Source: Oscillospiraceae bacterium
GTDB taxonomy: Bacteria; Bacillota; Clostridia; Oscillospirales; UBA929
Assembly: GCA_031556185.1 (NCBI GenBank)
Contig: JAVBTN010000004.1
Coordinates: forward strand, 18,292-82,291
Reading direction: 5' to 3'
DNA: 64,000 nucleotides
Part shown: one piece after another, positions 30,140 to 39,068 of the stretch
Layout of the letters: each line of letters opens with the position of its first letter
How positions within the stretch are numbered: the first letter of the stretch is position 1
The notes under the pieces: generated by a model
Databases searched by the model: none
The model's input: the letters and a program-made list of their open reading frames with translations, nothing else
What the model was told of the DNA's origin: nothing
Program-made: the position numbers and the translations under genes

Positions 30140-30732
30140 GGCCGCGTGTGCGTGAAGTTATCGTCGTCGAGGGCCGTTACGACAAAAACACACTGTTGCA
30201 GGTGGTTGAGGCCATGGTGATCACCACGGACGGGTTTGGTGTGTTCAAAGACAATCAGAAAAAGAAACTGCTCCGGCGGCTGGCGCTCGAACATGGACTT
30301 ATCATCCTGACCGACGGCGACGGCGCCGGATTTCTCATTCGCGGGCATCTCAAGGGCATGCTGCCAGCCAGCGGCGTCAAGCACGCGTATATCCCGGACC
30401 GCGTCGGCAAGGAACGGCGCAAGACAACGCCTGGCAGGGAGGGAAAACTGGGTGTGGAGGGCATGTCGCCCGAGATCATTCTGGACGCACTGCGCCGGGC
30501 AGGCGCCACATTTGAGGACGAGGGGAGCGCAGGTCGCGCCGAAGCCCTCACAAAAAGCGACCTGATGCACGACAGCCTGTGCGGAACAGACGGCAGTGCC
30601 GACCGGCGGTTGCGGCTGCTGCGGGCGCTGGATCTGCCCGAGCGGCTGACGACAAACGGATTGCTGGACGTGCTCAACGCCCTGTATACGCGGGACGCCT
30701 ATGAACAACTGATCGGAACGCTCTTCGACTGA
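30136..30732 (+). CDS. Toprim-domain protein (DUF4093 / RNase M5-like)
   Basis: ATGA overlap with the holA stop. Toprim motifs VIVVEGRYDK and ILTDGDGAGFLIR. Confidence 0.6.
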   Translation: MRPRVREVIVVEGRYDKNTLLQVVEAMVITTDGFGVFKDNQKKKLLRRLALEHGLIILTDGDGAGFLIRGHLKGMLPASGVKHAYIPDRVGKERRKTTPGREGKLGVEGMSPEIILDALRRAGATFEDEGSAGRAEALTKSDLMHDSLCGTDGSADRRLRLLRALDLPERLTTNGLLDVLNALYTRDAYEQLIGTLFD

Positions 30733-30841
30733 CATGAGCCGCAGTCAACGCACCAGCCAAATCCGCTGGCGAAAGGACGGACGCAGCGCAAAAATAGAAT
30801 AGATATTTTACACAAAAATGAGATATTATGCCACATAACAG

Positions 30842-30870
30842 TTGACAGAAACAGTATGCGAAAATATAAT
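30842..30870 (+). promoter_or_regulatory. Consensus sigma-A promoter of the giant surface-protein gene
   Basis: TTGACA (30842-30847), an exact 17-nt spacer, then TATAAT (30865-30870), in an AT-rich spacer. Confidence 0.65.
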
Positions 30871-31046
30871 GATTCTGAGTCAATAGGTCATATTGTCTGT
30901 TTTGCGCGGAAATGTTTGCCCAATTTGTCACATATGGCCGGACGTTGGCATGAAGAGAAGAAAGCATCGGGCGGATTCGCTGGGAGGGGCCGCACCGGCA
31001 GTTGTTATAGATAGAAGAAGTTGATTTGGAGAAGGGGTTGAAAACC

Positions 31047-34000
31047 ATGAGGAAACACCCTAAGCGAAGGCGCCTGTTGGCCGTAGTGTTCTCACTGGTA
31101 TTTGCGGTCTATTTGTTGCCCGTTTCGAACGGATACGGAGGAGGAGGAGACGACTGGCTTGTCCCCGATACACTGTTGCCCGGCGGAACCAATCCCGGGC
31201 AGGTGGAGCTGGCCGCAGATCGATTCGAACCCAACAACTCGACGGCACAGGCCACCGCTATCAGTCCGTCAACAGTGATAAATGATGTGAGTATCCACAA
31301 TTTTGACGACATTGACTTTTATAAGTTTACGCTGTCGGCAAAAGCCTCCATTGTGGCTGAAGTCAACAATTTCATCGACGGTTGTACCATCAAGTTTACG
31401 CTCCTCAATGAAAACGGGATCGTGATAAAGCAGTCATCCAGGCAGCTTGGCCTCGTTGAAAGAGTGGAGACCACATTGGAAGCCGGAACCTACTACTTGT
31501 CGGTCAGCATGTGGGGGTCGCTGCAAACAACCAAATACCAGCTGTCACTCACGACCTCGGTCGCCAATGTCACCGTCACGTGGGACGCGCAGGGTGGCAC
31601 TGTGACACCGCAGCAGAGCACATATTATCCCGGTGGGTCATACCTCTACCTGCCGATTCCGTACAGGGCGGGGTATGAGTTCAGCGGTTGGTTTCCCGGT
31701 AAAAACGGCGTGGGCAGGGCTGTTTCGAAAAGCGATAGCCTGCCGACTGTCGATACGACGTTTTATGCCTACTGGGTCAATGAGAGGATTGACCGGTACG
31801 AGCCCAACGAAACCTATGACAGGGCCTCCAGCATTTCGGTGCCGACGGTCATCAGCGACGCCAATATTCACGTCGCAACGGATCGCGACAATTACCAATT
31901 TACCCTCACCACAAAAGCCAACATTGACGCGCAGCTCACCGGCATCCCGTCCGGCTGCAACTTCGACTTGTATCTGCTGGGGTCAAACGGCATTGTCACA
32001 CGGCAGTCATCGTCGCAAGGGACAACCGCCGAGCGGATAACGGTCGATTTGGAGCCCGGGAAGTATATACTCATGGTGCTCTCCGCGTCGGGCGCGTCCA
32101 AGGACTACTATACACTCCAAGTGGCTGTCAAAGAGATCCTCACGCCCGCCAAAAAGATCACCGTGACATGGAACGCCGACAGGGGCGTATGTTCTCCGAC
32201 AGCGCAGGAGGTCGAAGCCGGCAAAGAGCTGGGCGCGTTGCCGGTGGCCACGAGAAGCGGATACGAGTTCGGGGGCTGGTATACGGCCAGAAGCGGCGCG
32301 GGCACACAGATTTCGTCGGCCACCAAGGCGCCGGGCACAAGCGTCACTTACTATGCCAAGTGGACACAGGTCAGAACGGTCACCATCATCTGGATGGCCT
32401 CGGGCGGCGTCGTCAATCCGCTCACGGAAGAGAAGGTGTCGGGTCAGCCTTTTGGAACGCTGCCCACGCCCACGCGTACCGGATATGTGTTTGACGGCTG
32501 GTATACAGCCCTTAACGGCGGGGGCACCCTCATCTCCGGCAGTTCGATTGTGTCCTCGACCACACTCTGCTATTACGCGAAATGGATTCGAAATGTCATT
32601 GTTTCCATCAAACTGGATGCCGATGGGGGCGCAGTGTCGCCCGGAACGCTGTCGCTGACGGCTGGCAACACATTTGGAACGCTGCCTATGGCGACGAAGA
32701 GCGGTCAGGTTTTCTCCGGCTGGTACACAGCCAGAAATGGGGTAGGGACAAGCATAACGGCCAGCTCCATTGTGCCTGAGACCGGCACGACACTGTATGC
32801 GAACTGGAGCGCCGCCGCGCGCATTGTGACGGTGACGCTCAATGCCGACGGGGGTACGGTGCAGCCCGCCAGCTTGTCGCTGACGGCCGGTGACACCTAC
32901 GGGGGTTTGCCCATACCCATTCGAAGCGGGAAGACCTTTGCCGGTTGGTATTCGGCCAGAAACGGCGCGGGGACAAGCATCATCGCCAGTTCCATTGTGC
33001 CGCAGACCGGTACGACAATATATGCCTATTGGAAGGACATCTCCGCCCGCGGTTCGGTGACAGTGCTACTTGACGCCGACGGGGGCACCGTGTCGCCCGC
33101 CAGCTTGTCGCTGACGGCCGGTGAGGTCTACGGCGTTCTCCCTGTCCCTCTTACGAGCGGGAAAACCTTCATGGGTTGGTATACGGCGAAAAACGGATTG
33201 GGTACCAGCGTTGTTGCCAGCTCCATTGTGCCGGCACAGGGTGGCACACTGTATGCCTACTGGAAGGACGGCGGCACCAACGCGATCCTGGTGACCCTGG
33301 ATGCCGACGGCGGCACAGGCGCACCGGCCAGCCTGCTTTTGACGCCGGGCGTGGCCTTTGGGGCTCTGCCTGTGCCTGCAAAAACCGGAAAGGTGTTCGG
33401 AGGCTGGTATACGGCCAAGAACGCTGCGGGCACGAGCATCACGGCCGCCTCCATTGTACCGCAGTTGGGGTGTACGTTGTATGCATATTGGAAGGATGCG
33501 CCCTCGCGCGTTACCGTCACATTTGACGCCGACGGCGGAACTGTGTCGCCGGCCACTATGTCGGGCGCACCGGGTCAAAATATGAGTGCGCTGCCGATAC
33601 CTAAGCGTGAGGGGTTTCCCTTCGGCGGGTGGTATACTGAGAAAAACGGCGGCGGTGTTAAGCTGGGCGACAAGCCTTCGGTTTTCCCGCAGCTTGACGC
33701 CACCTATTATGCCAATTGGACGGTGAAGATTACCTACAATCCCATGCAAGGCAAAGTCGATCCCTTGCAGGAGAATAAATTGCCTAATACCCCCATGGGG
33801 AAATTGCCCGTACCTACGCGCAGCGGCTATCGGTTTACCGGGTGGTATCCCAGCGAGGATGCCAAGAGCGAAGAAGCCATTACGGAAAAAACGACGGTGC
33901 CCACGCAGAGCGCCATCTATTATGCGGCCTGGGAAAAAACAAATTTTGTGACTGTCACCTGGAGCGCCGAGGGCGGTTCCCCGGAGAAAAAGAGCGAACA

Positions 34001-35609
34001 AAAAACACCCAGGAGTGTGTTTGGGAAGCTGCCGCAGCCCACGCGCGACGGATATCGATTTGACGGATGGCTGTCACAGGGTGCGAGAGGGCTGCTGCTG
34101 AGAGAGTCCTCTGTTGTTCCGGACGTGGACACGATATATTACGCCTCCTGGAAGAAGGTGGAGACGGATATTTGGGAGCCGAACGACAGTATTTCCAGCG
34201 CGACGACCCGCGGCACAAATGACTGGACTGCTACGGGTACCATCTCTTCGATTAACGACAAGGATTTCTTCCGCATGATTGTCCCCACAGAGGAACTGGT
34301 TGTCATTTTGCTCAGGAACATACCGGCCCGCTGCCAGTACAATTTGACGTTGCGGGATGGAAACGGCGACGTCGTCGCCAGATCGGAAAAGACAGACAAT
34401 ACGAGACAGATTTCAGAGACGCTCAAGCCGGGCACATATTTTGTTGAAGTGTCGTCATCCGGCGGATATTCCGAGACGGAGGGCTATCGGTTGTCGGTCG
34501 GCGTCGGGCAACAAAAGATCACGGTGACTTGGGACTCTGACGGTGGCGACACCACGCCGACGCCCACGCAAGCGGTGGCCTCGGCGGTGTTTACGGAATT
34601 GCCCCAGGTGAGCAGAGAGGGTTTCCTATTTAAGGGCTGGTACACCGAAAAAAATGGGCGGGGTATGCCGATCGCTAAGGGCGACCCGGTGCCCGAAAGG
34701 GATGTGAACTATTTTGCCAGATGGGTGCCCGCCGAAGTGGTGATCACCTTTGATGCCGACGGCGGCGTTCTGTCTTTCCCTGTGATGCAGAAAACACCTG
34801 AGACAGATTTTGGCGTTTTGCCGGTGCCGTCGAAAGCCGGATATCCCTTCGGCGGATGGTTCACTGAGAAAAACGGTGCCGGAATGTTTATCTCGGAGGA
34901 GTCCCCGGTGCCCACCGAGAACACCATCTATTACGCCAAATGGAGCGACGCGCCGCTGGTTACCTTGACATGGAACACCGGCGACGGACGTACGGACATG
35001 CCCGAAGAGATGAGAACGGTGGGAACGATTTACCAGAGTCTGCCGCTCCCGAAGAGGGCTTCCGAGGCCGAGAAACAGCAGATGTTCCTGGGTTGGTACA
35101 CGGCCCCGGCCGGGCAAGGGGAGAGACTGGGCGACGGGTTTGTTGTGCCGACGATGGACACCATTTATTTCGCCAATTGGGTATCTGTCTCTCAATTGAG
35201 TTGGAACTTTGTCAATGAGGACAAGCTGCTGATTTGGACGGGCGACGGCATTGCCGGCCAGGCGTTCCAGATGGCGGCGAACGTGTTTAATGATTACCGG
35301 CCAAATGTCATCCAAAGGGCGGAAAGCGCGCAGGCGGCAGAAGTGTTCGTCGGCGACATGTATGAGGTGGGCGGGCCCGTCGGCGCGGTGTCGCCGAGCG
35401 GCGTCCTTTGGCTCAACGGGGCCTATATGGAGGGCAAGGAGGAACCCGCGATACTGAGCGCCGCGATGCACATGCTCGGGCATGTATTGGGGCTTGACCA
35501 CAACATTGGTGAGACGTGCATGGCAAAAGTGCCTGCAAGCGTCACAGCATTGGATGCCGTTGACAAATACAACTACGACATGGCCTACGACCTATACTAC
35601 GAGTTTTAG
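31047..35609 (+). CDS. Secreted 1520-aa multidomain protein: signal peptide, 3 PPC (pre-peptidase C-terminal) domains, 13 Listeria-Bacteroides (Flg_new) repeats and a C-terminal metzincin-like domain
   Basis: RBS GGAGAAGGGG before ATG 31047. N-terminal signal MRKHPKRRRLLAVVFSLVFAVYLLP. PPC-type modules begin EPNNS/EPNET/EPNDS and carry D.DFY/F. There are 13 units of ~70-77 aa with G(Y/F)xFxGW(Y/F)T ... YYAxW. C-terminal motif HMLGHVLGLDH. Confidence 0.8.
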   Translation: MRKHPKRRRLLAVVFSLVFAVYLLPVSNGYGGGGDDWLVPDTLLPGGTNPGQVELAADRFEPNNSTAQATAISPSTVINDVSIHNFDDIDFYKFTLSAKASIVAEVNNFIDGCTIKFTLLNENGIVIKQSSRQLGLVERVETTLEAGTYYLSVSMWGSLQTTKYQLSLTTSVANVTVTWDAQGGTVTPQQSTYYPGGSYLYLPIPYRAGYEFSGWFPGKNGVGRAVSKSDSLPTVDTTFYAYWVNERIDRYEPNETYDRASSISVPTVISDANIHVATDRDNYQFTLTTKANIDAQLTGIPSGCNFDLYLLGSNGIVTRQSSSQGTTAERITVDLEPGKYILMVLSASGASKDYYTLQVAVKEILTPAKKITVTWNADRGVCSPTAQEVEAGKELGALPVATRSGYEFGGWYTARSGAGTQISSATKAPGTSVTYYAKWTQVRTVTIIWMASGGVVNPLTEEKVSGQPFGTLPTPTRTGYVFDGWYTALNGGGTLISGSSIVSSTTLCYYAKWIRNVIVSIKLDADGGAVSPGTLSLTAGNTFGTLPMATKSGQVFSGWYTARNGVGTSITASSIVPETGTTLYANWSAAARIVTVTLNADGGTVQPASLSLTAGDTYGGLPIPIRSGKTFAGWYSARNGAGTSIIASSIVPQTGTTIYAYWKDISARGSVTVLLDADGGTVSPASLSLTAGEVYGVLPVPLTSGKTFMGWYTAKNGLGTSVVASSIVPAQGGTLYAYWKDGGTNAILVTLDADGGTGAPASLLLTPGVAFGALPVPAKTGKVFGGWYTAKNAAGTSITAASIVPQLGCTLYAYWKDAPSRVTVTFDADGGTVSPATMSGAPGQNMSALPIPKREGFPFGGWYTEKNGGGVKLGDKPSVFPQLDATYYANWTVKITYNPMQGKVDPLQENKLPNTPMGKLPVPTRSGYRFTGWYPSEDAKSEEAITEKTTVPTQSAIYYAAWEKTNFVTVTWSAEGGSPEKKSEQKTPRSVFGKLPQPTRDGYRFDGWLSQGARGLLLRESSVVPDVDTIYYASWKKVETDIWEPNDSISSATTRGTNDWTATGTISSINDKDFFRMIVPTEELVVILLRNIPARCQYNLTLRDGNGDVVARSEKTDNTRQISETLKPGTYFVEVSSSGGYSETEGYRLSVGVGQQKITVTWDSDGGDTTPTPTQAVASAVFTELPQVSREGFLFKGWYTEKNGRGMPIAKGDPVPERDVNYFARWVPAEVVITFDADGGVLSFPVMQKTPETDFGVLPVPSKAGYPFGGWFTEKNGAGMFISEESPVPTENTIYYAKWSDAPLVTLTWNTGDGRTDMPEEMRTVGTIYQSLPLPKRASEAEKQQMFLGWYTAPAGQGERLGDGFVVPTMDTIYFANWVSVSQLSWNFVNEDKLLIWTGDGIAGQAFQMAANVFNDYRPNVIQRAESAQAAEVFVGDMYEVGGPVGAVSPSGVLWLNGAYMEGKEEPAILSAAMHMLGHVLGLDHNIGETCMAKVPASVTALDAVDKYNYDMAYDLYYEF
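32595..33518 (+). repeat. Four in-frame tandem copies of a 231-bp (77-aa) unit inside the giant gene
   Basis: The identical 29-mer cccgccagcttgtcgctgacggccggtga occurs at 32865 and 33096 (231 bp apart). The protein units VT(V/L)xLDADGGTVxPASLSLTAG...GWYTAxNGxGTS...ASSIVPxxGxTLYAYWKD are near-identical. Confidence 0.75.
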
Positions 35610-35616
35610 GAGGTGG

Positions 35617-36279
35617 ATGAAGATGGAAGAAAAAAAGAGAAATATGTTGCCGGCGACGTTAATTGCGCTGTTGTGTATCATTTTTATCGGCAGTGTGTAC
35701 ATGGTCGTCGGGGCAGGTCACGCCGAATCCGCCGTCGATCCACCGACATTCTATCAGCCCGCCTGTTTTTCGATTGACATAACAGATGTCTATCAGGTGG
35801 TGGGAGATGCCGACTATGTCTTTGCCGCCGATGTTCTCCGGAAAGAGGATACGGTCTATCGCCATATGGTTGATGTTGAGACCGACGAGGGCACCCAGCA
35901 GATGGGTCGACCTTACACACGGTATGCGGTGAAGGTCACCCAGAACATTAAAGGCAGCCTGAGAACCGATGAGGAGATTGCCCTTTACAAATCCGGTGGT
36001 GTGGAGCAGGATCACTCTGCCATCGTACTGTTTGAGGGCGACGAATTGCCTGAGGCGGGGAAATCTTATCTGTTTGTTGCCTATGCGCAGCCAGACGGCA
36101 CGCTACTGTTGGTGGGCCCCCATTCGCAGGCACAGCTGGCCGGCAGCTTCGCTGACAAGATGAGCCTCAACGCGCGAGAGACAGCGCAACATGTGATTGA
36201 CGTCTATATTGACGCGTGTGCCCATGAAAAGAGCGTGGATCGGAATCGGTACGTGTCGGCCGACGACACGGTTGCCTGA
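35617..36279 (+). CDS. Membrane-anchored/secreted hypothetical protein, coupled to the giant gene
   Basis: AGGAGGTGG overlaps the upstream stop. ATG at 35617/35623. One N-terminal TM/signal (LPATLIALLCIIFIGSVYMVVGAGHA). About 190-aa beta-rich ectodomain. Strong terminator directly after it. Confidence 0.6.
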   Translation: MKMEEKKRNMLPATLIALLCIIFIGSVYMVVGAGHAESAVDPPTFYQPACFSIDITDVYQVVGDADYVFAADVLRKEDTVYRHMVDVETDEGTQQMGRPYTRYAVKVTQNIKGSLRTDEEIALYKSGGVEQDHSAIVLFEGDELPEAGKSYLFVAYAQPDGTLLLVGPHSQAQLAGSFADKMSLNARETAQHVIDVYIDACAHEKSVDRNRYVSADDTVA

Positions 36280-36295
36280 TTTTTGGTTAGAACCC

Positions 36296-36331
36296 AAAAA
36301 GCACGAGGGGGATGTCCCCTCGTGCTTTTTT
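36296..36331. terminator. Bidirectional intrinsic terminator
   Basis: aaaaa-gcacgagggg-gatgt-cccctcgtgc-tttttt lies between convergent genes. Confidence 0.8.
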
Positions 36332-36346
36332 GTCGGCAGATAAGGC

Positions 36347-39034
36347 TCAAATGGCTTTGTCTTTGACAGCCCTCAAAACCAGTTCGACACTCACAATCTC
36401 ACGCGCGCCCACGGTTACCGCCAACTGTCGGTCTGCGGCAACAAGGCGTTCCAGCCGCTCTTCGCGCAGAGACACACGATGGGCCTCCGTCACACATGAC
36501 GGCAAGGGCAGACGCAACTGTGTCTCTTCATCCGCCAGGCTATACAGGCGCACAACAATGCTCCGGCCGGTTTCCGACGGTTTGCAGGCCGACAGCCGCA
36601 CCAGCGGAGGCAACTGAGACACAAAGGCGAGGGGATTTTGCGGGGAGGAAAGGGTGCCGGTCAGCTGGTGCAGCCGCACCGGATGAAGCCTGCGCTCCGC
36701 CTGCGCGTATGTGTCCGCCTGCCGCCAGCTGCCTGTGTGGTAGGTGACGGAATAGGAAAAATGGTGAACGCCCGGGCACTGCCCGCCGGGGGTGGGAAGG
36801 CTCCAGCCACCGTTGCCGTGACGGGTGTTGAGATCGTCACGCGAGAGCCAACCAACACAACGCAGCAGCGTGAGGGCAATGTGACTTTGCCCGTCGTGGT
36901 TTTGCACCTCATATTCGGTCATCCCACATGATGCCAGCGACAGCCCGTATGCGCCGTCGCCCGCGTCAACAAAGCCGTGTGTCAGCGCTGAAGGGAGAGG
37001 ATACTCCTCCCAGCTGTCGGGCACAGGACGCGTCACCGGGTGCTCCGTCACGGAAAAAGCGGACGAACCGGACGAGTGTACACATGTCGTCCCGACCGGA
37101 AACGACACTTGCAGGCGATGATCTTGCACCCTGTTGTCAAAGCAGGTGTCAAAATCCACACGATCGACGTCTTTTGTCAGCGTAACTGTGGTGATGAAGG
37201 GGCAAGAAACCGTTTCCACACGGCGTGCAAGGCGGTCGTCAGCCAGCGAGCGTGGCAGCAGCAGAGCGCCTTTCCATGTCAGCGTGGCGGAAAAACCACC
37301 GGGGGCGTGGGTGACCGTAACCTGCGGAGCCTCCTTAAGATCTAGTCCAAAGACGCTGTCATGCGTCGGCCAGGAATAGGTGTATTCGTCGCCGGCGTCC
37401 CCCATGTCTACAAAGGCATGTACGCCCTCATGTGTCCGGCCGGACTTCTTGTCGGTGACCGTCAGCCCAGCGTCACCCGCCCGATAGGAGATATGGTAGA
37501 ATTCGTTTTCAATGCAAGACGGCTTTTCAGCGACCGGTAACTGCGCCGCCGCAGTGCGCGACAGCCGCAGCACATGCACACCATAATCAAAACCGGGCAA
37601 ATAGAGCCCGATGCGCGCGCGGGTTGACCGGTAGACGCGCGGCAGGTCAAAATCGTCATACCGTGTGGTCTCTCCAGTCGATACCGACAGCAGCACCGCC
37701 GGGATGTCGCGGTCGTTTTCATCTTTGATCGCAATGCCTTCCGGCGCGGGCGGCAATGTGGCATCATGGCCGACGATGGTGGAGGTGGAAAAGTCCACCG
37801 ACGACAGCAGCCGGGTATCAAAGTCCACGTCACACTCCCAATAGCAGGGCAGGCGATCCTGTGTCGGCTCAAACAACAGGAGTTCGGCGTCGGCATCGGA
37901 GGGGGCCGGACACTGCATGCGTGTCCAAGTGTCGAGCAACAGCTGACGCTGCAATTGCTCCAGGCAGCCGAAACGGGTTTCCATTTCCTCATGCACTGCG
38001 TCGATACTACACCCGCAGATGCTGTCGTGAGCGTGGTTTCTCAAAATGTATTTCCAAAGCAGCGTCTGGTACCCACTGAAGTCGAACACGCCTCCGTTCA
38101 TTTTTTCCAGACAGATCAACGGCTCCAATACGCGTTCCATCGTCGATTGCACCCTGAAGTTTTTCATTTTAAGCGGCATGCGGGTGGACAGCGTTCCCCC
38201 AAGCAGCAGGGAACGGTCGCCGTAGCAAAACTGACCGGAAAATGTCTTGCAGCCGTCCGGCAGTGAGGCCCGCACAGAACGCACAAAGTCCGGTATGGTT
38301 GACAAAAGCAGCCGACAGTCGTCCTGACTCCGGTTGAAGGCTTCCACAACAGCGGGGACGCAGGGTTCGGGCAAAATGTGATCCGATCCGTTCATCAGCA
38401 GGACGGAGTCGACGCTGCTTTTTTCATGCAGTGCGCCGATCATCGTGCGCAGGCGCCGCAATGTATCGTCGCTTGGCGAGCGAAGCCCGGCTGCCGTTCC
38501 ATAACCGTGCGCCATGTGGATGCAGAGCACGGTGGAATAACCGTCCGGGGCCACCCAGAAAAACTCCGTCTTTTCCATTTCGTGGGAGGCGCCGCGCCAA
38601 AACAGCGCGGTGTCCATGCCGAGACCGGCCAAAATCTGCGGCATCTGCTCCGGATGACCAAAGGAGTCGGGCAGATAGCCGACATGCATGGGCTCACCAA
38701 AAGCGGAGGCCACCTGGCGTCCGATGAGAAAGTTGCGAATGTGCGATTCGCCGGACACAAGCTGCTCGTCGGGCAAGATGTACCACGGCCCTATGAACAG
38801 TCGGCCGGCGCGCACAGCGGACGCCAGTCGATCCCGGTGATAGGGCCTGACCTCCAGGTAATCCTCCAGCGCGATGGTCTGACCGTCAAGCATAAAAGAC
38901 GTAAAGTCAGGCGAAGTCTCAAGGACATCCAGCAGGTTGTCAACCAGCCTGACAAGCTGGGGGCGAAACTCCATGCGGGTTTTGTACCATTCTCTGTCCC
39001 AGTGTGTATGACAAACCATATGCGCTTGCAACAT
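36347..39034 (-). CDS. Alpha-mannosidase (GH38 family)
   Basis: N-terminal HMVCHTHWDREWY metal-site motif. 895 aa. RBS GGAGGG. Confidence 0.85.
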   Translation of the reverse strand: MLQAHMVCHTHWDREWYKTRMEFRPQLVRLVDNLLDVLETSPDFTSFMLDGQTIALEDYLEVRPYHRDRLASAVRAGRLFIGPWYILPDEQLVSGESHIRNFLIGRQVASAFGEPMHVGYLPDSFGHPEQMPQILAGLGMDTALFWRGASHEMEKTEFFWVAPDGYSTVLCIHMAHGYGTAAGLRSPSDDTLRRLRTMIGALHEKSSVDSVLLMNGSDHILPEPCVPAVVEAFNRSQDDCRLLLSTIPDFVRSVRASLPDGCKTFSGQFCYGDRSLLLGGTLSTRMPLKMKNFRVQSTMERVLEPLICLEKMNGGVFDFSGYQTLLWKYILRNHAHDSICGCSIDAVHEEMETRFGCLEQLQRQLLLDTWTRMQCPAPSDADAELLLFEPTQDRLPCYWECDVDFDTRLLSSVDFSTSTIVGHDATLPPAPEGIAIKDENDRDIPAVLLSVSTGETTRYDDFDLPRVYRSTRARIGLYLPGFDYGVHVLRLSRTAAAQLPVAEKPSCIENEFYHISYRAGDAGLTVTDKKSGRTHEGVHAFVDMGDAGDEYTYSWPTHDSVFGLDLKEAPQVTVTHAPGGFSATLTWKGALLLPRSLADDRLARRVETVSCPFITTVTLTKDVDRVDFDTCFDNRVQDHRLQVSFPVGTTCVHSSGSSAFSVTEHPVTRPVPDSWEEYPLPSALTHGFVDAGDGAYGLSLASCGMTEYEVQNHDGQSHIALTLLRCVGWLSRDDLNTRHGNGGWSLPTPGGQCPGVHHFSYSVTYHTGSWRQADTYAQAERRLHPVRLHQLTGTLSSPQNPLAFVSQLPPLVRLSACKPSETGRSIVVRLYSLADEETQLRLPLPSCVTEAHRVSLREERLERLVAADRQLAVTVGAREIVSVELVLRAVKDKAI

Positions 39035-39068
39035 GGAAAACCCTCCAATCGTAATGTGTCAGACGACG

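Noticed and set aside
30871-31046. A c-di-GMP or other riboswitch in the long leader of the giant surface-protein gene.
   Set aside because: I could not find the conserved cores of c-di-GMP-I/II or other common classes by eye. It is kept only as an unexplained long leader.
32595-33518. A CRISPR-like or other non-coding tandem repeat array.
   Set aside because: The period is 231 bp, an exact multiple of 3, and the units are contiguous without spacers. They translate into Flg_new protein repeats within one long ORF.
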